A stretch of DNA of 64,000 bases from Phoronis australis. Its lineage: Eukaryota > Animalia > Phoronida. The notes below the pieces were generated by a model. The model worked only from the letters and a program-made list of their open reading frames with translations, was not told the DNA's origin and ran no database searches. The position numbers and the translations under genes were made by a program. The stretch is from contig NMRA01000105.1 of the NCBI GenBank assembly GCA_002633005.1, forward strand, positions 474,010 through 538,009. The letters run 5' to 3'. This document shows, piece after piece, positions 38,101 to 48,478 of this stretch (the stretch's first letter is position 1; each line of letters starts with the position of its first letter).

Positions 38101-38681
38101 AAATGTGGCAAAATTGCTTACAAAAATACATCTAATTAGACAATACTAATTTTTAAAATTGAAACGAAATAAAAGTATGTATTACTTTAAAACAAAAAAT
38201 TTTTCGAGTTTGAAACTGAAGTTCGGCAAATATTTACCTCTGTTTAAAAAAACATTAATTGTACATCCCAGAATCTAGCACCGTTTCCAAAAATATTTAC
38301 TTTCAAAACCTAAACAGCCTCACATAATGCCTGACTAGTCCCATTTTGAAAAATTATCAGTAGAATCTATTAAGTTGAACCTTGAAGCACAGACCAACAC
38401 TACTCCAATAAATGAAAATTGTTCTGAGATATTTTTGCAATGTATACTACTAAACCACTATCGGTTGTCATTGGCAACTGAACCCCTTCCCCCAACTGAA
38501 AACGAAACCAACATGCAAGTTAATGAAAATATCCGCGGGCCAGTGACAATCAAAATTTACTAAAAAATTCACCAATCACATGTTCTGAAACTTTAAAGTT
38601 TACTTGAAACATGGTATGTGAATGGTTGATTTTGTCAAGTCTTGAGAAAAGATTGAATGCCCTAAGGACCAGGACAATCAA

Positions 38682-38926
38682 CAGGGCTTGGAATGGCCTT
38701 CGTCAAAAAAGAGGCAAATTTTCAGGTGATGTATAGTTCTACAAATAAATAGGCTTGGGTGATAGAGATAATTTTTGTGTTGCAAAACTTATCTGCAAGA
38801 AATGTTTTTTGCATGAATAAAGTCAAAATAGTGATAAAAAAGAGATGAAAAATCAGTAATCTGAAAATCAAATAAGAGGAAATCAAGAGAGGAAATCTCC
38901 TTAAAAGAGAAAAATTCCAAGCCCTG
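38682..38926. mobile_element. MITE, CAGGGCTTGGAA-TIR family, 6-bp TSD (hAT-like)
   Basis: Perfect TIR CAGGGCTTGGAAT / ATTCCAAGCCCTG, flanked by AATCAA on both sides. Confidence 0.85.
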
Positions 38927-39552
38927 AATCAACTCCCTACTTTTTTCGGGCAACTTGTGAAACAGCATGTAACTCGCCACTCATTTTCAAGAGCATTGCA
39001 AATAAAAAAGTACATACGCGATGTATATAATACATAGAAACATTCTGAGATCTTTTGGCACCTTAACACAAGTCCAACTATGCAGGATTACCTAGGGCTT
39101 CTAACTTTATCTGCTGGACAACTTTGATTGTTGCACAAGTTCAACGACAAGGGCAAGCTGACAAGTGGTCACAAAGCATTGTAGTTGTGCACTGTTCAAG
39201 GCTTCATTTCTTTTTGAATTATGTGAATTACGCCTCTTATATTGGAAACAACAGTTCCAACAAAGATTACCCAACATAGAACTGAAGCTGTTAAAGTTGG
39301 GAAGGGATCTCTACCCCTGTGATAATCTGAAGTGTCATTAAACTCATTACAGCCCCGATATTCTGAGTGACAAAAAAAATAAAATCTAACGGAAATTGTG
39401 AGTCCCAATTCATACGTGTGAAAGACTCGCTTTAGGTTTTGTTTTTCAAAGAGGTGAACAAGTAAAAAATGCAGTTTTAACTTTTATGCAATTAGACCCT
39501 GCTTTGCAAATATTACATGAAATTTGAGAGCCATTTTGTCAAAAGACGGGCA

Positions 39553-40554
39553 CTATGGCGATGCTGTGCACTGTCCATAGAACAACATGTAAGCATTCTC
39601 CTGCACGAGAGAACTCTGCATCTCAACTGCGATATCAACGAGCTCCACTCGATCATCGTCAAACCTATACCACTTCCCATCCACTGCCTTACAATAAGCA
39701 ATGTAGTGCCCGCTGCTCGTACTCTCTGCCCCCAGGTGGAGACACATTCCGTACAAGTCGTACACGAAAGAACTGTCTACAGCAGTAAGATCCTCACGAT
39801 TTGTTACAGTGTCATAGACAAGTGTGCGCAAGTCCAGACCCTGTAATGGGAAGTCGACAGGCGTGTGTACTTTTAGAGGTAGTCCATTGAAAGGGTTGAG
39901 GCGGAATCGCAACAACTGAATGACAATACACGGCGGTAAATGCCGGAGTAAGGATCTCCGTTGGCCATCCGTGAGTCTATGTTTTCCATTCACCAACTTA
40001 TCACCACCTGAGGGATCGTAATCTATCGGTGTCGACATTCTGAACGTTGAATCATTCAGACCACCCTCTCGTGGCGAGTCCGAGTGCTGGATAGGCGACA
40101 TAAGCAAGCTAGGGCCAGAGGGAGATAACTCTGACGCATGGACTCCAGGCATAGGCGTACTGTTGGCTCTGGCCCGCTCCGCTGACCTCTGACCCACCAT
40201 GGGAGTGGAAGAGACGGTGGCCTGAAAGGGCGTCAAGCTGCAGTTTGGACAACGCAGTCCTTCAGTTCCATACAACTTCTCTATGACTCCAAACTTAGTC
40301 AGACAGTCATCCAGACTGACATGACCGTCTTTGTCCACTACACTCAATATGGGTACTGGCAGAACATTGAAGGTCTGTATGCTGACCGACACGCGGTTGC
40401 ACTCAACACAGTGCCGAGACTCCACTATTTGACCAGTGAACTGGTCGTCGACGACTGACGAGTTCTCATGTTTGTAGGTCAACCATTCGAGATCCGACAA
40501 CCTCTGTATGGGCTCAGCATATGTGATATTTTGGAGACCATGGGCCTGGTCAAT
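39553..40554 (-). CDS. USP-like gene coding exon 5 (fingers, His box, stop)
   Basis: cccattcattacag|ATTGAC; IDQAHGLQN...FTGQIVESRHCVEC...CPNC...GHYIAYC...WYRFDD...NAYMLFY...*; 1002 nt. Confidence 0.92.
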   Translation of the reverse strand: MDQAHGLQNITYAEPIQRLSDLEWLTYKHENSSVVDDQFTGQIVESRHCVECNRVSVSIQTFNVLPVPILSVVDKDGHVSLDDCLTKFGVIEKLYGTEGLRCPNCSLTPFQATVSSTPMVGQRSAERARANSTPMPGVHASELSPSGPSLLMSPIQHSDSPREGGLNDSTFRMSTPIDYDPSGGDKLVNGKHRLTDGQRRSLLRHLPPCIVIQLLRFRLNPFNGLPLKVHTPVDFPLQGLDLRTLVYDTVTNREDLTAVDSSFVYDLYGMCLHLGAESTSSGHYIAYCKAVDGKWYRFDDDRVELVDIAVEMQSSLVQENAYMLFYGQCTASP

Positions 40555-43500
40555 CTGTAATGAATGGGCAGACTTAAAATGACGAGTTACCTTGCTTACA
40601 CAACTCACCACACTGCTGTTAAGTGATGAACAGAAGAAGTCGAACCGTCAAGTATTGACTGGCCCAATGAACACTGTAATGGTCCCCAGGTTTCATATCC
40701 ATCGTACAAAATTTTCCATGAGATTCTTTTTATTCAGTTTCCTGTTTTGTGTATACACACTATGTGTCATTATCCAGGTTTTCCAAGAGAGGCAACCACG
40801 GCAACTATAGTCACATGACCTCAACTCCCAAATAGATTTGACAACTTTTTTTTATGCTGATAGTAAAAACCAATGCATGAACATTACAGAGCTCAGTATC
40901 CAAAACAGACTCCAAGAAAGAGTCAGGTAAGCAATTGCCTGCTGGGTAGATGGCACTATCCGTTTGCTTGTATCTATGGTAAATGTATCTTCTGGCTGCT
41001 TGAAATGCTTATAAAATTAAGAAATCTCTGCAGACTGCAAATGAAAAACAGCTGCTAGTGATGCTTTGGATAACCGATATCCCACAATCCTTTATGTATA
41101 TAATGCCTCGCACTACACATAAAAAGGTACAAGTGAAATGAATGGCATTAAGAAAAGATTTCATGTTCCTACACCAGGGGGCACCGCCCATACAACATTT
41201 TATTACTCTGTCTACCCACAATGTTTACTGTCAGAATAAAGCATGATTTACAAATTGCAAGTAACCCTGCTTGTAAATACCAATTGCACCGAATGGCAAA
41301 CGTGCATTTCTAAAGCAATATTGTTGAGAAAAAGTAAGGGCGAGAATGTAAGTCACAATGAGTGGAATGTAACTTACTCAAAAAGAATTAATTCTAGGCC
41401 AAACGGGAGGGCAACTAAATTTTCTTAAAGCCCAATTCACCAACATCTTTCAAAAGCCAAATTCATTCTTATAAAGAAATAGATAGTTTCCAAACCAGTT
41501 TTGACTTGTTGCTGAAATAAGATTAGGAACTGAGTTTGAAAAAACAACGCAACTTGTTTGAAATTGTGAGAAATTAGTTTGTTGCTAAACAGCTGATGCT
41601 GAGTGAGAACCTGGCATAAGTGCCTGTACTGCAAAACATTGTATTTAGACCATGGCCATAATTAGAAGGTTTTACAATAGGTTAGTTTGGCAATTTCTGA
41701 CAAGTTTTACCATTGTGAAAACACTGGAGACAATTTCAAGTGCAGCAAATTTTCAGACACCAGTTCCAGACAAAGTTTAGAAAGTAAGCAAGTCACACAA
41801 ACCTACCTCCCTACGGCACGCATTCTTCAGTTCCTTTATTCTCTCAGCATCTAAGTCGCCGTAGATGAAGCGCAGCACCTCTAGGGATGAGCTGTTGAAC
41901 TTCCGCTTCACACCTGTAGTTCAGTAAACCAATGAGTGAGTGACAGGTTCTCATATACTGACAGACACACAACTGTGAAAGCCTCTACTACAATGAAACC
42001 TCTTACTTTTAACAATCTCTTGTATGTGAGTCAGTAAAACTTGACAAATAAATTAAAATTCTTTAGTATTTTCTACTGGAGACCAGCATTTTTGTGCTAA
42101 AACAAATTTAGCCAGTCCTCCTCCTATGAACTCCATGTAGTGTTTGGTCACAGAACCAGCCTACTAACACCATCAGGAACCAGGGTCTAATTTTACTCGA
42201 AATCGAACTTAACATTATTTATAGCATTTTCTATTCTACTTTTGTGATAACTCGCAATAAGTGTCTATTATTCAAGTGGTCCAGTACATACATGGATAAC
42301 ATTCTAAACCTGGTTTGCACTTGATGGCCCTAGCATTAATGCTGGAAGTTCGAGCCTAAACTTGAAATTTCAGTTTTTACTTGAAATCTCGCATTTTTAC
42401 TTGAGTTTGTAGTGCGAATCTAGGGGTCATCAAATGCAAACTTGGACTAAACATAAACCGTGTACTCAAGCACAAACTAATAGCTACTTATCTTGAGTTC
42501 CCACAAAAGCAGAACAGAAAATGTCAAAGTAATTTCCAGTTCAATTTCAAGTTAAAAGATTAGACCTCGAGTCCTAGTGCTAGGTCAAAGAATAAGACTA
42601 TGTCCAAACAAATTCGTTTTGAGCGTGGTCTCGACCAACAATGGACTGAAAGTTCTTCCCACGCTCAGAAATAACTTAATCTGAGCAGAAACAAGCAGTG
42701 ATCAATTTTACAGTGGTCAGTGGTTGAAATCAAATAAGTGAACTAAGATAGCAGCTTTAATTTTATGCATTTTAACAAAAAAAGCAGTGGTGCATATGGA
42801 CACCAGGATCTCTCACTGTCCTTCTCCCAATACACCTTCTAAACAGTCCAAGTGTGCAAAAACACACACACACACACACGAACACACACACGCGAACACA
42901 CACACACACGAACACACAAACACACACACACGANNNNNNNNNNNNNNNNNNNNNNNNNNNNNNNNNNNNNNNNNNNNNNNNNNNNNNNNNNNNNACACAC
43001 ACACACGAACACACACACACACGAACACACACACACGAACACACACACACACATACAATTTTAAGTAGTGGTGCACAAGCCCCGAAACAAAATTATGACG
43101 TTTCAGCTGGAGACCTCTTCACATTAGTGGGAGTTACAAATGTATGCTCCAAACTGATACTCACCTTTCTTTTCAGTTTTAAAGGCATCGCTCAGGTTTT
43201 CCAACAACCACATTAAGAATTCTGCAGCATCCTGTTGAGTACCGGGAGAATTGAAAAAGAGGCTGCAACCAGCATTCGCAGCAGAGTCACAGAAGTCTTG
43301 CAACTGGAGCACGCGCTGACCGCAGGTTCCTGGCGCCATGTTCAAATTGTATAATAACTCTGTTGATGCCGATGACAAAATCGAAAGTTTGAGGTCGGAA
43401 CAACTTAGCTCAGTCAATGAACCAACCAGGTTCTCAACAAAATGTTTGCTTCGAGCTAAGCACTGCAAAGAGGAAATGGCAAAACACGTGTTACCAGCAT

Positions 43501-45550
43501 TCCATATGCCTGGCGGCAAAGTTGTCGAGTTGTAGCCCATCACTGACATAACTCTTGATTTAACAATGCTGGCTGTATCAGTCAACTGTTTGAACACTGG
43601 TCCTTTATGTACTTTTGTACGGTAATGGTTCGGTACGGGTTTTGACACTGATTGCTGACTAAAAGCATTTCGGTGTATGACTGAGTTTTGCTGTGGAGTC
43701 TTAGAGTACACAGAAGGCCCAGTGGACACCAGCACGGGCTTCTCAAATCCCGATGGTGTCACATTAACATTGGGGGGAGGCATCTGGTCAGACCGCGGTG
43801 TCACAGTAGTCGGTTGACGGTCAAACTTGGGCAAGATGCTGCCGCGCTGATATGTGAATTGACCAGGCCGACCAGTTTGGGTGGTTACGTTAGGCACATA
43901 AGGTATGGAGATAGTTGGGTAAGGCTGGTTGCCATAGAGACGCGTCCTCTCGCGATGCTCTTCCATGCTCTCCTCGTGCTGTTGAAACTCGTCCCATTTG
44001 GTTGCCAGCTACAAAGGAAAAAATTAAATGCGATTCGCATCGAAATAGAACCAGATGTCATGATGAGGTAATCTTAACTGAAGAGAGATAATCACTAAAG
44101 GCATATATTCATTAAAGGGAGATATACTAAAGGGAGTAAATAACTAAAAGGAGATAATAATTACTGTACAGCTACAAAATATTCACAGAAGGGAGAATCC
44201 TATTCACTGAAGGGAGATAACAATAACTGTACAGCCAGATAATATTCACAGAAGAGAGAATCCCATTCACTGAAGCTAGACTGAAGGGAGATAAACACTA
44301 AAGGGAGATAATAATCACTAAAGAGAGATAATATTCACTAAACGGGGATAATAATCCCTGTACCGCTAGATCAGATTCATGGAAAGGAGAATCTTATTCA
44401 CTGAAGGAAGATAACTTTCGTGGAGCGACTTAGTCCTCACAACATGAGTCACAAAAAAAAAAAAACTATCACTCTTGTTGCTCTATTTATAGCCAGGAAG
44501 CTGCATGTGTATTTTATAATCCAATGGCTGAAGTTGACACCAAGTAAGTGCACAGCATTAAGACATGCTTTACCTGTGTCCACCAGTAGCTGAAGTCGAC
44601 TCGGCCGTGCACCTGGGTATAGAGTAGTGTGACGGAGGTAAGGAACATCAACAGGTAGGGGACGTGGTGAACAATATAGACACCAATAGACAGGAACAGC
44701 AGAGCGCCGGCCTCCAGCAGCCAGATTGTTCGCTTCTCGTCAACAGTGCTGTGAACAATAAGCAGTAAAGGTTGACGTCATCACAAAAGGTGACCAAGTT
44801 ATTACTGTCTTTGTATTAGGAGACTTAGGCAAAAACTCTACCATAGTTGGCAATGGTAAAATATGATATCCAAACTGAAGAACCAGACCACCTTTTTTAA
44901 TCTTACAGGAAATTACGAGGATATGATACTCTGTGAACAGCTAATTTCCGACTCGAGTCCAAAATCCCCCACAATCTCATATCACACCAGTAAGGGATAA
45001 ACACAGACGATTAGGAAATGTTGTCTGAGCACGAGCCATGAACCGCTCCTTCCATTTTTTCCCAAACAATGCTACCTTACATATGTCTACTTCTTGTAGC
45101 ACTTTTGAGTGTGTGCTCCAGTTTGTACCGTTGTACATGGTTATTTTTGATTTTTACCTGGTCGCCGCTGAACAAAATATGAGGTCTGAATTTAGTTTTC
45201 TAGTGAGTTCCAGGAAAACAGACTTTCCCATATTTCGAAATGAGATGGCAATTTCTAAATCATAATGTATGCTCAAGACTTATGGAGTATAAAATTACTA
45301 CATTAGTTTCACTGAGTGGCACAGTTGTAATTTCATGTCCAAACCAACAAGAGTCTCACTCTTAGCTACAACAAATAACATTGAATAACAACGTAATTTT
45401 GATGAACACTAATTTAGATGTATCTCAAGCACTTTACCTGGCTTCTCTTAAAGGTGATTTTGCCACGCCGTCAACCAGCACAAAGAGAATGAAGTCCATT
45501 GCTACACAAAGCATCCCATTAAACAGGTACACTAAATAATCGTAAACCAT
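39553..45550 (-). CDS. USP-family ubiquitin carboxyl-terminal hydrolase (peptidase C19) with hydrophobic N-terminus, spliced CDS complement(join(39553..40554,41807..41913,43165..44008,44574..44748,45438..45550)), 2241 nt, 746 aa
   Basis: Four GT-AG introns with phases 2/0/1/0 all compatible. Cys box PPGIWNAGNTCFAISSLQCL, QQDAAEFL, zinc pair CVEC...CPNC, LPPCIVIQLLRF, His box HLGAESTSSGHYIAYC, WYRFDD, ENAYMLFY. No human orthologue recognised. Confidence 0.88.
41807..41913 (-). CDS. USP-like gene coding exon 4; absent from ORF track
   Basis: ctacag|GTGTGAAG; GVKRKFNSSSLEVLRFIYGDLDAERIKELKNACRRE; donor GAG|gtaggt; 107 nt, phase 1 to 0, bridging exons 3 and 5. Confidence 0.85.
42862..43053. repeat. 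(CA)n / CACGAA compound microsatellite containing an N gap (42934-42994)
   Basis: Directly visible in USP intron 3. Confidence 0.95.
43165..44008 (-). CDS. USP-like gene coding exon 3 (P/S/T-rich linker, Cys box, QQDA motif)
   Basis: tttcctttgtag|CTGGCA; contains GNTCF and QQDAAEFLMWLL; donor AAG|gtgagt at 43164; 844 nt. Confidence 0.92.
44078..44415. repeat. Degenerate minisatellite (CACTGAAGGGAGATAA-like unit) in USP intron 2
   Basis: About a dozen recurrences of (C/T)TAAAGGGAGATAAT / CACTGAAGGGAGATAA. Confidence 0.75.
44574..44748 (-). CDS. USP-like gene coding exon 2 (hydrophobic hairpin); absent from ORF track
   Basis: ttgttcacag|C; TVDEKRTIWLLEAGALLFLSIGVYIVHHVPYLLMFLTSVTLLYTQVHGRVDFSYWWTQ; donor CAG|gtaaag; GC-richer than its flanks; 175 nt, phase 2 to 0. 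Confidence 0.8.
45438..45550 (-). CDS. USP-like gene coding exon 1 (hydrophobic segment 1); absent from ORF track
   Basis: ATG at 45550; MVYDYLVYLFNGMLCVAMDFILFVLVDGVAKSPLREA; donor AG|gtaaag at 45437, phase 2, matches the next exon. Confidence 0.72.
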
Positions 45551-45914
45551 CGTCAAGATAATTAAAAACTAAATACACTATAGAAAAAGTCAACGGACAT
45601 TAACAACCCTTTCAAAAATGGCAAACATATGTACGCAGTTCACGGTAATCCACGGTATTCCAATGGCAATGGCACCCATCCGGCTACTCAGAAACTGAAA
45701 TTACTGAACTTCCCGAGCCGGTGCACCTGCAATCGGTCCTGTTTTCAGGCCGATTTGCGACGCAAACAGTGAGCATGCAACTCAGAATTCAGATATATGC
45801 TATCTTAACATTCTGGGCTGTTTCCCGGAAAGTTGACACATGGTTTGTTGAAGGCCCGGTTGCACAGTACCGGTAAATGTGAAGCATTGATGTCCCAATA
45901 TTCAAAATTAGGTG

Positions 45915-45960
45915 AATAATGGCGGTACTTGTACTGCGCAAGCGCAGACTATTTAGCGCT
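45915..45960. promoter_or_regulatory. Candidate proximal promoter elements of the USP-like gene (NRF1-like and YY1-like motifs)
   Basis: TGCGCAAGCGCA at 45935-45946 (one mismatch to NRF1 TGCGCATGCGCA) and AATGGCGG at 45918-45925, about 390 bp upstream of the ATG in a locally CpG-richer stretch. Confidence 0.35.
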
Positions 45961-46859
45961 GCCTGGTGACCGTTAAAAACACTAAGGCCGTCAACCAGCG
46001 CCACCTGTCCTTTCAATATGTACCCCAAATCAAATTAATTTTGACCAAGCTGGAATTCTAACCTTCGACCTCATTTTCACTCTCCAAAATAGAAGAAACT
46101 AAAACCGATGTTTTTGATGTTCCATCTACTCAACTCAGAGCTGGTTAAGATTTTACCCCCGAGCCTCCGTGTTTTCTCCAGATTTCGTAATTACCCCCAG
46201 TAGAAGATTCTTGTGTTACATTTGTGCCCCCGAGGGATTGACTTCGGCAGCACATCTTTTTGGCGTCCTAAAGAACAAAACCATGCCCTAGAGGAGTAAC
46301 TCGCGGAACATTTTCTAAAAATTACACTTTTCTTGAAATTTTGTTGAAATACCGATACCCAAGGTTCTGCCTACCAAGAGTTTGCCCCCTATGGCGGGGG
46401 TGCAAAATTGGCGATGTCCACGGAAGCTGAAATGGTGGAATTAAGGACAATATGGGGGCAAACGTTTGGCGATGTTAAAATAATTCGTGCCCCCCCCCCT
46501 CCAGGTCTGGAAATATTACTGAAGCGATTTGAATGCATTATGTATCACGTATCGCACATATGCAATACGTACTAGTGGATACATATCCAATTCTCAATTC
46601 ACACTGCATGATAATTCAGCCCACACAACATACGCCCAGGGGCCTGTTTCAAGCAAAGTGACTAAGTAATGTTCATCGATGTACTAAACATTGAAATGAA
46701 AGAACATTTACACTAAACATATTTATTAATGTAAGTATGCAATACATATGTAGAAAGTTTCTAATTCGGATTGTTCAAAGTAAATAATATCTAACACAAA
46801 TTTTATGCTTTGAAAAGTACGTCTATTCTGACACAAATATGTCCATTTTGATCCATTGT

Positions 46860-47018
46860 CAGGGGCGGATCCAGGGTTTTGAGTTAGGGGGGCAGTGCAC
46901 AGTACTAACCAGAATTTTGCGCGTCAGACATTAACACCCTGAACTACCAAGTGGAAACTGGGAGAATTTTAGGGGGCGGGGGCGCATGGCTCCCTTGCCC
47001 TTCCTAAATCCGCCATTG
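46860..47018. mobile_element. MITE, CAGGGGCGGATC-TIR family
   Basis: CAGGGGCGGATCCAGG...CCTAAATCCGCCATTG; colinear with 56357-56521 and with the partial copies at 48249 and 49705. Confidence 0.75.
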
Positions 47019-47139
47019 ATCATGTCAGTATAAATGATCGGAATTATAGGCGTTCTAATCCACCTTTAAGAAATATCAATGATTCGTAATAGTAAATTAA
47101 TTTCTCAAAACTGACTTAATGAGTGAAATTTCATTTAAA

Positions 47140-47542
47140 GGCGAAAATGGACCTTACAAGCAGAAATGGACATGATGGGTCAAACTGGACATAATGGGTC
47201 AAGACTCCTTGACCCATAAATTATCAAATTGGAAATAACGGAAGTTCTAATCCACGGTTGCGGAATAAAATTTAGTTTTATCACTATGCCATTGGGTCAA
47301 AACCGACTTGATTTAAATGGCGAATATGAACTTAAGAAGCAAAAGTAGAATGAAAGAGTCAAAATGGACATAATGTGTCACAATAGACACAATGGGTCAA
47401 GATTACTCGAACCATTATGTCAATGTGATCAAATCGAAATTGATCTTTTATAACTAAGCCTTTTTTCAAAACTGACTAGGCCCTCAGAAGCAAAAATATA
47501 ATTAATGGGTCAAAACGGACATAATTGGTGAAAGTGGACATC
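47140..47542. repeat. Degenerate repeat array (AATGGGTCAAAATGGACAT-like unit)
   Basis: Recurrent GGACATAATGGGTCAA motifs. Confidence 0.65.
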
Positions 47543-48317
47543 TATTGCGTGAGCGTGATATTTAATCATAATTTCCTTTGAGGAATAAATGTCGGGTCAC
47601 CCGTAATGAAAGTTTGTACATGTACTTCGAAGGCTTGGTTGCTAGTTGTTTATTTGAGGCCGTGTTTGTTACTGTTGGGAAAATGTCGGTTGAAGGTGAG
47701 TAAAATATTTATGCAAAAATTTAAATTAGGCCAACGTAAGCAAATTATCATCAGGCAAAAGGTAATGCGATATTTTAATAGTGTCTCGCTATGAGCAAAA
47801 TGGGACTTGGATATGTTTCTGGCTGCGTTAAAAACTGTAATAAAAATATTAGTCGATAGCAACTGTTGAATCTCTAGCAAGTAATTGCATACGTGAGATA
47901 AGACATATGATGAGGCGGTGACCGCAATTTTCAAAAGAAAATGCACACGTAAACTCAAATTTTAAACCCTTTCAATAGGAAAACTGCTGTAACGAATTCA
48001 CCCCCGTACCTGGACACCAAGTATTTCATTAATCTAATGGTTTGAAGGCTAGCAGTCAGATGGGTTCAGTGAATTGCTTTCGCGTTTCCCTTATTATTTA
48101 ACGCAGTGTTTCACTGTGGCAACAAGAATAACATTTTCAAGCTTCAATCCCTTTGTAATAACTAATTTATCGATTGCCATGAGATGGATGTTTAGAGTTT
48201 AAAAATCTCATTGTGCTATTTTTATCCCCATCGTGGCTACACAAGCTCTAGGGGCGGATCTAGGATTTTGAGTTGGGGGGGCAGGGCAAAGTATTAGCCA
48301 GGATATTGCCCGTCAGA

Positions 48318-48478
48318 CATTCACTCGGTCCTTGCATGCTTTCGCTACTAAGACCGACCTCAGAGGAGTAGGAGACACTTTTGTGCAATGCTCGACTGTC
48401 TGCCAGTAAACGGCTAAGATTCGAACTTGGGTCTCCTGAACGGGAGCCTGAAGCTCAAACCACTGAGCCACACTGTCT
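48318..48478 (-). mobile_element. tRNA-derived SINE (3'-truncated, fused to a MITE arm at 48249-48321)
   Basis: Minus strand reads AGACAGTGTGGCTCAGTGG (A box)...AGTTCGAATCT (B box); body matches 57170-57369. Confidence 0.75.

Noticed and set aside
40555-40615. ORF-track start MVSCVSK... and a NAGNAG acceptor at 40615/40612 for the last USP exon
   Set aside because: Those acceptors need phase 2, but the preceding exon ends in phase 0. The acceptor at 40555 fits, so this stretch is intronic.
42772-43216. HT/CV-repeat ORFs
   Set aside because: Translations of a (CA)n microsatellite across an N gap.
39553-45550. Assignment as USP30, USP8 or USP2/21
   Set aside because: It has WYRFDD rather than the USP30 Ser-type third catalytic position, lacks MIT/rhodanese domains, and the Cys box (CFAISSLQCL) is too divergent to name an orthologue.
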